Below, piece after piece: positions 45,658 to 55,408 of a stretch of 64,000 nt of DNA. Below the pieces are notes generated by a model, which saw nothing but the letters and a program-made list of their open reading frames with translations, made no database searches and was not told the DNA's origin. Position numbers and translations under genes: made by a program. Positions within the stretch are counted from its first letter, which is position 1; each line of letters begins with the position of its first letter. The DNA is from Clostridia bacterium (GTDB lineage Bacteria > Bacillota > Clostridia > Oscillospirales > RGIG5554), in contig JAFWAE010000026.1 in NCBI GenBank assembly GCA_017507855.1, positions 52,734 through 116,733 of the forward strand, given 5' to 3'.

Positions 45658-46185
45658 TTGAAGGAAAGAACGTCCAAACGTAAAGTGGCAGTGATCGTCA
45701 CGCTGACGGCGCTGGCGCTGGCCTGTGTAGGCGTGTTCACTTGGTTTGTGTGGACTACGTCGCCCGCATACGTGGCCAAAGCCACCATTGTGGAAGTGCT
45801 GGAAAAGGCCGTGGCCAAGTTGCCGGAGGATACGAAAAGCTTTTACGTGGATCCCCAACGCCTTGAGGAGGATCCCTCTCTGCACATAGAGGAACTGGGC
45901 TATCAGATTATCAATCGCAAGGACGGAGAGCAGGTGCTGGAGTATATCCGCAACAGCCGCTTCGTCTCTTTGGGTTCCCGCCCTTCCGTGGAGGCAGACA
46001 ACACCCAATGGCCTGTTATTTACGTAGCGGGCTTTCGCCTGCTGTTCCAAATGGTGCAGGAATATTACGTGGTGGAAATGCAATTGACTCCCGAGGACGA
46101 GGCGGGGTTGCGGGCTTTGCTGGAAAAGATCCGCACCGAGAACACCCGGTTGACCCCCGATTTTGAGGGCCAAGTTTGGCCGTAA
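45658..46185 (+). CDS. Hypothetical membrane-anchored protein
   Basis: TTG start after AAAGGAGG; single N-terminal TM helix. Confidence 0.7.
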   Translation: MKERTSKRKVAVIVTLTALALACVGVFTWFVWTTSPAYVAKATIVEVLEKAVAKLPEDTKSFYVDPQRLEEDPSLHIEELGYQIINRKDGEQVLEYIRNSRFVSLGSRPSVEADNTQWPVIYVAGFRLLFQMVQEYYVVEMQLTPEDEAGLRALLEKIRTENTRLTPDFEGQVWP

Positions 46186-46198
46186 ACCCCTATACAAG

Positions 46199-46227
46199 AA
46201 AAAGCCTGTGCGTTGCACAGGCTTTTT
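46199..46227. terminator. Bidirectional terminator
   Basis: AAAAAGCCTGTGC-gtt-GCACAGGCTTTTT. Confidence 0.85.
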
Positions 46228-46242
46228 GTTTGCGCGATCTGT

Positions 46243-47061
46243 TTATTTGCTCAGGTCGATGAGGGTGAAGGGATCCTCCAGCAGGCGAGGAATGATGGCC
46301 TTGGCATCTGCCGCGATTTCGGGGGACGCCCCTTCGGGAAGATAGGTCAGACCGTCTAAAGGAAGACCTGTCAGAACCGCGTACCACAGCATTCCTACCG
46401 CAAACACCCCGTTAATGTTCATATGTACCTTGTCTTCCACGTGGAAGGCCTCGCCGTATTTGGTGCGCAGGCTTTGGAGCAGCGTGGTGACGGGGATGAT
46501 GCCACTGAAACGCTTATTGGGCCAGATGAATTTGCGGACAGAATCCAAGGAGGCCTCGTGCATGGCCTGCTGATCAAAATCGTATTTTCCGAAGCTGGGT
46601 GTGGTGGAAGTGACGGGATAGGCACAATGGGGACCATAGAAGAATTTGGCATTGGGGCAATGCTTTTGGATCACGTCCAACAGGTTGTTCAGCGTTTCGC
46701 CGAATTGCGCTTCCTCCTTATAGGAGCCCCCTCCTTGGTAAAGGACGACGGTATCCCAGGGCTGGTCATCCAGGATGGAGGCGTAATCTACCAAATGATT
46801 CAGCTCCTCGGGATCGCAAAATTTTTCCACCGTGGGGCGGTGGTACACCACGCCTGCCTCGTTGGTGGTGGCAAAATGCTCGTGAATGGCAAAGTCGGAA
46901 TCCCCGCGGTAGATCACACCCAGGGTAAGATCCTCATAATTTAAGTTGTGAAAAATGGGGCAAAGCTCCATAGCAGACAGGCGACAATTACTGTGTCCCA
47001 CGGCCAAAAGCTTCATCTTGCGGGGGCTGGCGCAGTCGGCAGAGCGCAATACGTTATTCAT
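46243..47061 (-). CDS. SGNH-like (DUF4886-type) hydrolase
   Basis: LAVGHS block I, WDTVVLYQ and D.VH.N..G motifs. Confidence 0.65.
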   Translation of the reverse strand: MNNVLRSADCASPRKMKLLAVGHSNCRLSAMELCPIFHNLNYEDLTLGVIYRGDSDFAIHEHFATTNEAGVVYHRPTVEKFCDPEELNHLVDYASILDDQPWDTVVLYQGGGSYKEEAQFGETLNNLLDVIQKHCPNAKFFYGPHCAYPVTSTTPSFGKYDFDQQAMHEASLDSVRKFIWPNKRFSGIIPVTTLLQSLRTKYGEAFHVEDKVHMNINGVFAVGMLWYAVLTGLPLDGLTYLPEGASPEIAADAKAIIPRLLEDPFTLIDLSK

Positions 47062-47195
47062 CCAAGACACACCCTTTTTTAGTATATGCCCCATTATATC
47101 AAGAAAGCTCTGCAATGTAAAGATTTAACAGAAAAATTTACAATTTGTCAAGAGCCGCCTCGGCCAAAAGCGAAGGCGGCTTTTTCAGGGAAGAC

Positions 47196-47867
47196 TTATT
47201 TTCCGCAGGCTCGGTGCAAAAAGCTTAAGGCATCGGAAAGGCCGCCGATGGAATCGATCAGGCCGCTGTTGACCGCTTCGGGTCCGTCAATCACACTGCC
47301 TACATCTGTGACAAGCTCACCTACGCGGAACATCAGGGAATGAAGGGTGTCTTCGCTAATGCGGGAATGGCGGGTGATGAAGCGGTTGATGCGCTGTTGC
47401 ATTTGTTCCAGGCAGGTAAAGCTTTGCTCCACACCCACCACCAGGCCGCTGGTACGCACGGGGTGCAGGGTCATGGTGGCGGAGGGGACGATAAAGGAAC
47501 GGTTGGTGCATACGGCCAGGGGGACGCCGATAGAATGGCCGCCACCCAGCACCAGCGAGACGGTGGGTTTGGACATGCCGGCAATCAGCTCGGCCATGGC
47601 CAGGCCTGCCTCTACGTCCCCGCCCGCCGTGTTCAGCAAAAGCAAAAGAGCATCCAAATGGGGGGATTCCTCTACCTCCACCAATTGAGGAAGCATGTGC
47701 TCGTATTTGGTGGTCTTGTTTTGGGGCGGAAGCAGATAATGGCCTTCGATCTGGCCGATAATGGTCAGACAGCGGATGTGGAGCTGTCCGCTTTGTACGG
47801 TGATGCCCCCCGGATCGGTGGGCGGGGGAGGAGACGCCTGAGGGGCTTCCAGGGGCTGTTCTTGCAT
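47196..47867 (-). CDS. tepA: ClpP-like spore protein TepA
   Basis: IIGQIEGH, KTTKYEH, LNTAGGDVEAG and GGGHSIGVP motifs. Confidence 0.92.
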   Translation of the reverse strand: MQEQPLEAPQASPPPPTDPGGITVQSGQLHIRCLTIIGQIEGHYLLPPQNKTTKYEHMLPQLVEVEESPHLDALLLLLNTAGGDVEAGLAMAELIAGMSKPTVSLVLGGGHSIGVPLAVCTNRSFIVPSATMTLHPVRTSGLVVGVEQSFTCLEQMQQRINRFITRHSRISEDTLHSLMFRVGELVTDVGSVIDGPEAVNSGLIDSIGGLSDALSFLHRACGK

Positions 47868-47890
47868 ACAACGACCTCCTTTTTGCCCTT

Positions 47891-47919
47891 TATTCTGCCT
47901 CCAAATCAAGAAAATATAC
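47891..47919 (-). promoter_or_regulatory. sigG/sigF-like forespore promoter of tepA
   Basis: GTATA-15 bp-GGCAGAATA. Confidence 0.55.
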
Positions 47920-47924
47920 AAAAA

Positions 47925-47957
47925 AAGAAAGCCTGCTTTTATCAAGCAGGCTTTCTT
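47925..47957 (-). terminator. Terminator of the dehydrogenase operon
   Basis: AAGAAAGCCTGCTT/AAGCAGGCTTTCTT hairpin with an adjacent A-run. Confidence 0.8.
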
Positions 47958-47977
47958 GAGGCTTGGAGAATTGCGGT

Positions 47978-50452
47978 TTACAGACCGACCTTGGCCTTGC
48001 GCAGTTCTTCGGCGTTGGTGTAGCTCTTGGTGGAAACGTAGCCGGGCAGGGGGATGAGCTTTTCGTTGACAGCGTCGATGAACCATTCGGGCTGGGGGAA
48101 GAACTCCTTGTCGTACTCGAAAGCGGGAGTGATCCAGTTTTCGGCAGCCACGATCACGGGAGGTGCATCCAGGTAGTCGAAGGCCATGGAGGTGATGTGG
48201 TGGGCAAAGTCGTTGAGGATATTGCCGCGGGCCACAGCGTCGGAGGCCAACAGGATCTTACCGGTCTTCTTCACGGACTCGATGACCTTCTCATAGTTGA
48301 AGGGTACGATGGAGCGGGCGTCGATCACTTCGCAGGAGATGTTGTACTTTTCTTCCAGGATCTTGGCGGCATCCAGAGCGCGGTACAGGGTAGCACCGAT
48401 GGTCAGGATGGTCAGGTCCTTGCCGGGCTTCTTGATGTCGGGTTCGCCCAGAGGAATGGAGTACTGTTCTTCAGGCACGCCGCCCTCGTGGAACAGCTCG
48501 CCCATATCGTAGATGCGCTGGCTCTCGAAGAACACAACGGGATCGGTGCCGTTAAGCACAGTGTTCATCAAGCCCTTGGCATCGTAAGGAGTTACGGGGA
48601 AGACGACCTTCAGGCCCGGAATGTGGGCGATCAGGGAAGTCCAGTCCTGAGAGTGCTGAGCACCGTACTTGGAGCCTACGGACACACGCAGGGTGACCGG
48701 TACCTTCAGGTAGCCGGCGCTCATGGCCTGCCACTTAGCCATCTGGTTGAAGATCTCGTCGCCGGCGCAACCGATAAAGTCGCAGTACATCAGCTCTACC
48801 AGAGCGCGGCCACCGGCCATACCGTAACCAACGGCGGTGCCTACGATGGCAGACTCGGCAATGGGAGAGTTGAACAGGCGATGATAGGGCAGAGCTTCGG
48901 TCAGACCGCGGTACACGGCAAAAGCGCCGTTCCAGTCACGCACGTCTTCACCGTAAGCGATGAGGGTGGAGTCCTCGTAGAACTTGTCCAAGATGGCCTC
49001 GAACAGACCGTCGCGGATGTTGTAGACCTTGGTCTTGGGCAGGAGCTTGCCGTTGGCGTCCTTACCAAAGCGGATGCGGGTCTTGATCTGCTGTACGCGG
49101 GGGTTGTCTTCCTTCTTCATGCGCACGTCGGGCTCTTCGGTGCCCAGCGTCTTGACCGTCTCATTGTTGAACATAATGCCAGCAATGTGGTTGGGGTTCT
49201 TGTTGAAGTCGGTGTAGGGGGACAGCTCCAGGTCGGAAGCCAGCATGAACATAGCCTTGTTACGGGCGATGACTTCGGCAGCGGCGGCATCCACTTCTTC
49301 CTGCGTGCAGATGCCGGAGGAGACCAGCTCCTTGGGATAGACGACCATGGGATCGTACTGGGCCCAATCGTTGACCTCATCCTGAGTACGGTAGGTCATA
49401 ACGTCGGAGGTGGAGTGGCCAGACAGACGGTAGGTGATCACGTCCAGCAGAACGGGACCTTCGCCGGCTTCCAGAATGGCCTTCTTGCGCTTGTAGCACT
49501 CGATCAGGGCCAGGGGGTTCCAGCCGTTGACGCGTTCGGCATGCATGCCGTTGGCAGCCATGGCACCCAGACGGGCCAGCTCGCCGTAGGCCATGGTCTC
49601 GCCCTTGGTCTGACCGCCCATGCCGTAGCTGTTGTTGTTGAAGTTGAAGATGATGGGCAGGCCACCCTTGTAGCCTTCCTCCCACAGCTCGCGGAACTGG
49701 TCCATGTTAGCAAAGTTCATGGATTCGTACACGGGGCCGCGGGCGGCAGCGCCGTCACCGGCGTTGGCCACGATGATACCCTTCTTGTTGTTGCACTTCT
49801 TGTACAGAGCCACACCGGTACCCACGGGAGCGGAACCGCCGACGATGGCGTTGTTGGGGAAGATGCCGAAGGGCAGGAAGAACGCATGCATGGAGCCGCC
49901 CAAGCCACGGGAGAAGCCGTTATCCTTGGCAAACAGCTCGGCCATCAAGCCGTACAGGAAGAAATCCTTAGCCAACTGCTTGGTGGTCTTGGCGGTGGAG
50001 TGGGCCTTCACCAGCTCGTACAGACGGCCGCCCTGGACGGTCTGCATGATGTCCAGCAGCTTCTCGTCAGACAGCTTCTTAATGGCGGACATACCCTTGG
50101 CGATAACTTCGTGGTGGCTGCGGTGAGTACCGAAGATGAAGTCGTTTTCGTCCAGCAGGTAGGCCTGGCCAACGGCCGTGGCTTCCTCACCGATAGCCAG
50201 GTGAGAGGGGCCGGGATAGGTGAATTCTTTGTCGTTGTAGTTGCCCTTCAGTTTGATGGTCTGCAGCATGGTCTCGAATTCGCGGATGGCAACCATGTCG
50301 CTGTAGATGCCCAGCAGATCTTCCTTGGTGTAATTCTTGGCATCGAATTCCTCGCGCATGGTTTTCTTGTACTGGTTGGCGGGGATGTCGGCCACCTTGA
50401 TCTTGCCGGCCTTAAACATTTCCTTGGGGGCTACGTATTGGGACTTAGGCAT
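47978..50452 (-). CDS. 2-oxoacid/acetoin dehydrogenase E1, fused alpha+beta
   Basis: HLAIGEE, THRSH, GGSMH and GDGA..NN TPP motif; beta part GEDV, PIAES, GAQHSQ. Confidence 0.9.
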   Translation of the reverse strand: MPKSQYVAPKEMFKAGKIKVADIPANQYKKTMREEFDAKNYTKEDLLGIYSDMVAIREFETMLQTIKLKGNYNDKEFTYPGPSHLAIGEEATAVGQAYLLDENDFIFGTHRSHHEVIAKGMSAIKKLSDEKLLDIMQTVQGGRLYELVKAHSTAKTTKQLAKDFFLYGLMAELFAKDNGFSRGLGGSMHAFFLPFGIFPNNAIVGGSAPVGTGVALYKKCNNKKGIIVANAGDGAAARGPVYESMNFANMDQFRELWEEGYKGGLPIIFNFNNNSYGMGGQTKGETMAYGELARLGAMAANGMHAERVNGWNPLALIECYKRKKAILEAGEGPVLLDVITYRLSGHSTSDVMTYRTQDEVNDWAQYDPMVVYPKELVSSGICTQEEVDAAAAEVIARNKAMFMLASDLELSPYTDFNKNPNHIAGIMFNNETVKTLGTEEPDVRMKKEDNPRVQQIKTRIRFGKDANGKLLPKTKVYNIRDGLFEAILDKFYEDSTLIAYGEDVRDWNGAFAVYRGLTEALPYHRLFNSPIAESAIVGTAVGYGMAGGRALVELMYCDFIGCAGDEIFNQMAKWQAMSAGYLKVPVTLRVSVGSKYGAQHSQDWTSLIAHIPGLKVVFPVTPYDAKGLMNTVLNGTDPVVFFESQRIYDMGELFHEGGVPEEQYSIPLGEPDIKKPGKDLTILTIGATLYRALDAAKILEEKYNISCEVIDARSIVPFNYEKVIESVKKTGKILLASDAVARGNILNDFAHHITSMAFDYLDAPPVIVAAENWITPAFEYDKEFFPQPEWFIDAVNEKLIPLPGYVSTKSYTNAEELRKAKVGL

Positions 50453-50481
50453 GGATAAGACTCCTTTCTTTTATAAACAGA

Positions 50482-51849
50482 TTAGATTTCAAAGATCGCT
50501 TCACGCAGGATCTCGGACACGGAGGGATGGGGGAACACGATCTCCTTGATGTCGTCGATGCGCATCTCGGTCTCGATCATCATGGCAGCGCCATAAATGA
50601 TTTCGGAAGAATAGTTGCCGATCATGTGGCAACCGACGATGCGGTTGTACTTTTGATCCACGATCAGCTTGCAGATGCCGTCGCCGCCTTCGTTTTCGGC
50701 CAAGTAACGGCCGCTGAAGGACATGGGCATGGAAACGACCTTCACATCCATACCGGCAGCCTTGGCAGTCTCTTCGGTCTCACCCACGGTGGCCACTTCG
50801 GGGTTGGTGTAGATGACACCGGGAATGGCGTTATAGCGCATGCGGTCGCGCTTGCCCAAAATATTGTTGACGGCAACCTCTGCTTCGCGGTAGGCGGTGT
50901 GGGCCAGCATGGACTTGCCGTTGATATCGCCGCAGGCGTACACGCCGGGCACGTTGGTCTTCATGAACTCGTCGGTGACCACGGCACCGCGTTCGCAGTA
51001 CACGTTCAGGTTTTCCAGACCGTAGCCCGCCGTGACAGCACGGCGACCGATGGAAAGGAGCACCTTGTCGGCCTTGACGGTGAAGGATTTTCCGTCGCAC
51101 TCGTAGGTCACGTCAGCTGTGCCCACGCCGGTAACCTTGCAGCCCAGCTTGAAGTCGACGCCCTTCTTTTCATAGTTCTTCATCAGGATCTTGGAGATCT
51201 CGGCATCCGTGGGGCCGGCGATCTTGTTCATCATTTCGATGACGGTGACGTGGCTGCCAACACTGTTAAAGTAGGAAGCCATTTCCAGACCGATGACGCC
51301 GCCGCCGATAATGACCAGCTCGGAAGGAATCTCTTCCAGGTCCAGAATCTCGCGGTTGGTCATCACAAAGCCTGCCGCAACCCCTTCCTTCACGCCGGGG
51401 ATGGGGGGCACCACGGGCATGGAGCCGGTAGCCAGCAGCAGCTGTTTGGCCACAAACACCTGGTCGCCCACTTTGATCTCGAAACCGTCTGCGGTGCGGC
51501 CGTTGATGTAGGCCTCGCCGTAGGTGACGGTGACATGGTTTTTCTTCATCTGCATACCAACGCCGCCTACCAGAGTCTTCACGACCTTGTTTTTACGGGC
51601 GATGACAGCCTTTTGGTCAATGGTGGCGCCGGTGGTGGTTACACCGTATTTTTCGCCGTGCGCGGCATGGTCGAAGATCTTGGCGCTGTTGAGCAGGGCC
51701 TTGGAGGGGATGCAGCCTTCATTAAGACATACGCCACCCAAAGCACGCTTTTCGATCACCATGGTCTTCAGGCCGGCATGGCCTGCGCGTTCGGCACCCA
51801 GGTAACCGCCGGGGCCGCCGCCGATAACGATCAGATCATACGTTTCCAT
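50482..51849 (-). CDS. lpdA: Dihydrolipoyl dehydrogenase (E3)
   Basis: GGGPGGY, GGVCLNEGCIPSK and HPSVSE motifs. Confidence 0.95.
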   Translation of the reverse strand: METYDLIVIGGGPGGYLGAERAGHAGLKTMVIEKRALGGVCLNEGCIPSKALLNSAKIFDHAAHGEKYGVTTTGATIDQKAVIARKNKVVKTLVGGVGMQMKKNHVTVTYGEAYINGRTADGFEIKVGDQVFVAKQLLLATGSMPVVPPIPGVKEGVAAGFVMTNREILDLEEIPSELVIIGGGVIGLEMASYFNSVGSHVTVIEMMNKIAGPTDAEISKILMKNYEKKGVDFKLGCKVTGVGTADVTYECDGKSFTVKADKVLLSIGRRAVTAGYGLENLNVYCERGAVVTDEFMKTNVPGVYACGDINGKSMLAHTAYREAEVAVNNILGKRDRMRYNAIPGVIYTNPEVATVGETEETAKAAGMDVKVVSMPMSFSGRYLAENEGGDGICKLIVDQKYNRIVGCHMIGNYSSEIIYGAAMMIETEMRIDDIKEIVFPHPSVSEILREAIFEI

Positions 51850-51863
51850 GATTGTTCCTCCGT

Positions 51864-53195
51864 TTACTTAGCCAGGAAAACCGTGAAGTTTTCCAAAGCG
51901 GTGCACAGATCCTTCAGGAAGCGGGAGGCGGGAGCGCCATCCAGAGCACGGTGGTCGTAGGTCAGGGACAGGGCCATGGCCTGGTAGGCCTTCAGCTCGC
52001 CGTTGACCTCACGCACGCGGGTCTGCATGCCGTTGACGCCCAAAATGCCGGTCTGAGGAGGATTGATCACGGGGGTGAAACTTTCGATGCCGAACACACC
52101 CAGGTTGGAGATGGTGAAGGAGCCGCCCTTCAGCTTCTCGGGGTTGATGTTGCCGGACTGGGCTTCCTTGGCCAAAGCCTTGGCTTCCACAGAGATCTCG
52201 GACAGAGACTTCTGGTCGGCATTCATCAGGGTGGGCACCAGCAGGCCGCGGGGAGTATCCACGGCGATACCCATATGCACGTGGGAGAAATAACGCATGG
52301 TGTCGCCGTCGATGAGGTTGGCGTTGAGATCCTTATGGTCCTTCAGCACGCGGGACACAGCGTAGATGATGATATCGTTGAGGGTGATGTTGCCCATGCC
52401 CAGCGCTTCGCCGTTAGCCTTCAGCTGCTTGCGGAAGTTGAGGATGTTGGTAGCGTCGAAGGAGATGGTATGGGTCAACTGAGCCATGCTCTGCAGAGAG
52501 GTGGTCATGGCCTTGGAGATGGCCTTGCGCACGCCGGACATCTTCACGTCCTCATACTCGGCAACTGCGGCGGCAGGAGCGGAGGCAGCAGCGGCGGGAG
52601 CGGCACCCAGATCGTTGACGGATACCTTACCGCCGATACCGGTACCGGCCAGGGACAGATCGGCGCCGGCAGCAGCCTTGGTGGCGGCGGGGCCCTGCTC
52701 GATCAGGCGGCGGATATCCGCTTCGCAGATACGGCCTTCCGCACCGGTGGCAGTTGCGTAACGGGCGTCCACACCGGCCTTTTCAGCCAGGGCGCGGGCG
52801 CGGGGAGAGATTTTCAAAAAGCCTTCGGCAGGAGCGGCGGCGGCAGCGGGAGCGGCCGCGACGGGAGCCTCAACGGCAGCGGGAGCTGCAGGAGCCGCAG
52901 GAGCGGGAGCCGCTTCCTCTTCTTCCGTAGCGGGCTTGAATTCAGCCGTGCTTTCGCCGGGGTTGCCGATGACGGCCACGTTCAGCATGCAGGGAACGTC
53001 GTCTCCGTCGTTGAAAAAGATATCCAGCAAAGTGCCGTCTACCGTAGCCGCTTCGTCCAGCGTGGACTTGTCGGTCTCGTAAGTGAACAGCAGATCGCCT
53101 GCCTTGACGGTGTCTCCCACAGCCTTGTGCCATTTGGTGATGACACAGCTTTCCACGGAAATACCGACCTTGGGCATCATTACCGGGGTTGCCAT
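51864..53195 (-). CDS. Dihydrolipoamide acyltransferase (E2)
   Basis: Lipoyl ETDKS, E3-binding SPRARALA, catalytic DHRALDG. Confidence 0.93.
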   Translation of the reverse strand: MATPVMMPKVGISVESCVITKWHKAVGDTVKAGDLLFTYETDKSTLDEAATVDGTLLDIFFNDGDDVPCMLNVAVIGNPGESTAEFKPATEEEEAAPAPAAPAAPAAVEAPVAAAPAAAAAPAEGFLKISPRARALAEKAGVDARYATATGAEGRICEADIRRLIEQGPAATKAAAGADLSLAGTGIGGKVSVNDLGAAPAAAASAPAAAVAEYEDVKMSGVRKAISKAMTTSLQSMAQLTHTISFDATNILNFRKQLKANGEALGMGNITLNDIIIYAVSRVLKDHKDLNANLIDGDTMRYFSHVHMGIAVDTPRGLLVPTLMNADQKSLSEISVEAKALAKEAQSGNINPEKLKGGSFTISNLGVFGIESFTPVINPPQTGILGVNGMQTRVREVNGELKAYQAMALSLTYDHRALDGAPASRFLKDLCTALENFTVFLAK

Positions 53196-53473
53196 TTTGC
53201 AATCATCCTTTCTTGAATAAAAAAGCGTGTTTGCTATAAAATGGAACGAAATGAAAAACACAATGTTAGAAAATAACAAAATGTTCACGCCATTTCAACC
53301 CATTATAACATTTTCATGTTAAATTATATCACAATAACTGATAAAGTCAAGTGGCATTTTCCACAAAAACAAAGATATTTTTGCTTCTGTATGCAAAAAA
53401 GTGTTGACAGAACGAAAAAAAGTCTTTATTTTATTGAATGGAAGAAAAAATCACGGAAGGAGGGGCTGTTACA

Positions 53474-54250
53474 TTGCTGTACGTGGAAAGCCGTCAAAAC
53501 CCAAAAGTGAAGCAGGCCCTTTCTTTGTTTGAACGCAAGCATCGCCTGCAAAGCGGGCTTTTCGTTTTTGAAGGGTACAAGCTGGCACAGGAGGCCCTGC
53601 GCTCCGGCATTCGGGTGGAGCGGGTGTTTGCCTGCCGCGAGGAATTGCTGGAAACCCTGCCCGAGGACACGGAGGGGATCCTGGTCCCCCGGGAGCTGCT
53701 GACGGCCATGAGCGGCGGTGTGGGCGGCTACGATGCGTTAAGCGTGGCGCGCATACCTGCACAGCGGGCACTGCCTTCTTCCCCCGGTCTGCTTGTTTTG
53801 GCTGAAGGCCTGCAGGACCCCGGAAACCTGGGCGCGCTCCTGCGCACGGCGGAGGCTATGGGGCTGGACGGGGTGGTGCTGGCAGGCTGTGCCGATCTGT
53901 GGAACAGCAAAACGGTGCGCGCTTCCATGGGCTCGGTGTTTCGGATCCCTTGCGAACAAACCTCAGACCTGCCCGCCCGCATCCGCAGTCTGCGGGAGCA
54001 GGGCGTTACGGTATACGCCGCGGCCATGCACGAGCCGCGGGACCTGATCCTGGGAAAAGACCCGCTGGCCTTTCCCTGCGCCGTGGTCATTGGCAGTGAA
54101 GGACGGGGGCTGACGGCACAAACGCTGGAGGCCTGCGACGTATGCCTGCGCATTCCCATGGCCCCCCCCACGGAATCGCTGAACGCGGCCGCCGCCGCGG
54201 CCATGCTGATGTGGGAAATGAGCCGACGGAAGGGGGAACTTGAAACATGA
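53474..54250 (+). CDS. TrmH/SpoU-family RNA methyltransferase
   Basis: QDPGNLGALLRTA, RASMGS, GSEGRG and ESLN motifs; TTG start after GGAGG. Confidence 0.9.
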   Translation: MLYVESRQNPKVKQALSLFERKHRLQSGLFVFEGYKLAQEALRSGIRVERVFACREELLETLPEDTEGILVPRELLTAMSGGVGGYDALSVARIPAQRALPSSPGLLVLAEGLQDPGNLGALLRTAEAMGLDGVVLAGCADLWNSKTVRASMGSVFRIPCEQTSDLPARIRSLREQGVTVYAAAMHEPRDLILGKDPLAFPCAVVIGSEGRGLTAQTLEACDVCLRIPMAPPTESLNAAAAAAMLMWEMSRRKGELET

Positions 54251-55374
54251 CTTTTGAAGAACGCCTTGGGCAGACCTTATGGATCTGGTATTCCCTTTGT
54301 GTGGGTGCCGCCACAAAATCGGGCCCTAAGGGGTTGCGCAGAATGAGTTTGACGGATATCTATCGGGCCGATGCGGCCACTTTGCGCCGTGTGGGAGGAT
54401 TTCCCGAAAAGATGGCTTCCCGTTTGGCTGACAAGGATATCGACCGGGCGCAGGAGATCTCGGATTGGTGCACGGATCGGCAGATCCGCGTGATAGGCCT
54501 GACAGACAGCGCTTATCCCGCCTCCTTGGCCGAGATCGAAAACCCGCCTTGCGTGCTGTATATCCGCGGGAAGCTTCCCGAATTCGGGGAAAAACCGGCC
54601 TTTGCCGTGGTGGGCTCGCGAAAAAGGTCCGACTACGGCGGTCACACCGCCCAGACCATTGCCTATGAGTTGGCCCGCCAAGGGTTTGCCGTGATCTCGG
54701 GCCTGGCCCGCGGGATCGATACGGAAGCCCACAAGGGAGCCGTCAAGGCCGGGGGCTATACCGTGGCGGTGTTGGGGAACGGCTTTGACCGTTGTTATCC
54801 CCCTGAAAACGAGTCTATGTTGGAATATATTGCCTCCGCGGGTACGGTGATCAGTGAATATCCGCCTTTTTCGGAGATCACGCCCTCCAATTTTCCCGTG
54901 CGGAACCGCATCATCTCTGCCCTTTCCTCCGCGGTGATCGTAGTGGAGGCACGGCAGGGAAGCGGGGCATTGATCACTGCGGAACTGGCCCGCAAGCAGG
55001 GAAGGAGCGTGTACTCCGTTCCGGGTCTGGCCAACAGTCCTTGGTCTAAGGGCAGCAACGAGCTGATCCGCAACGGGGCCAAGCTGATCTCCGGTGCGCG
55101 GGACGTGCTGGAGGATTTCGGCTTTGAGCCCCTTTGCGCTCCCGTTTCGCAAGCCCCGTCCCCTTTCGCCGAAGAAGACCCCCCTGCATCTCTTGTTGAG
55201 GGGGAGGGGCCGGAAGCCCGGATCCTTCGGGCACTGAAGCAGGGCCCCAAGACCACCGACGAGCTGGCAAGGCTGTTGCAGCAGGATGCGGGAACTCTTA
55301 TGGGCACGCTGACGTTGATGGAAATGAAGGAGGACATCCGCCAAACGGCGGGAGGTCTGTTCCGTTTAGTATAA
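54247..55374 (+). CDS. dprA: DNA-processing protein DprA
   Basis: VVGSR, SGLARGID, FPVRNRIIS and SGALIT motifs; C-terminal winged helix. Confidence 0.95.
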   Translation: MTFEERLGQTLWIWYSLCVGAATKSGPKGLRRMSLTDIYRADAATLRRVGGFPEKMASRLADKDIDRAQEISDWCTDRQIRVIGLTDSAYPASLAEIENPPCVLYIRGKLPEFGEKPAFAVVGSRKRSDYGGHTAQTIAYELARQGFAVISGLARGIDTEAHKGAVKAGGYTVAVLGNGFDRCYPPENESMLEYIASAGTVISEYPPFSEITPSNFPVRNRIISALSSAVIVVEARQGSGALITAELARKQGRSVYSVPGLANSPWSKGSNELIRNGAKLISGARDVLEDFGFEPLCAPVSQAPSPFAEEDPPASLVEGEGPEARILRALKQGPKTTDELARLLQQDAGTLMGTLTLMEMKEDIRQTAGGLFRLV

Positions 55375-55408
55375 CAAAAGAGCCGATCAAGCAGGAAAGG
55401 ATATGAAC

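Noticed and set aside
47963-50458. Very long antisense ORFs (for example 47963-50458 +, 40402-42432 -, 35488-37743 -, 3898-5490 +)
   Set aside because: They mirror well-identified genes on the opposite strand and show no motifs or RBS; this is expected from GC-rich codon bias.
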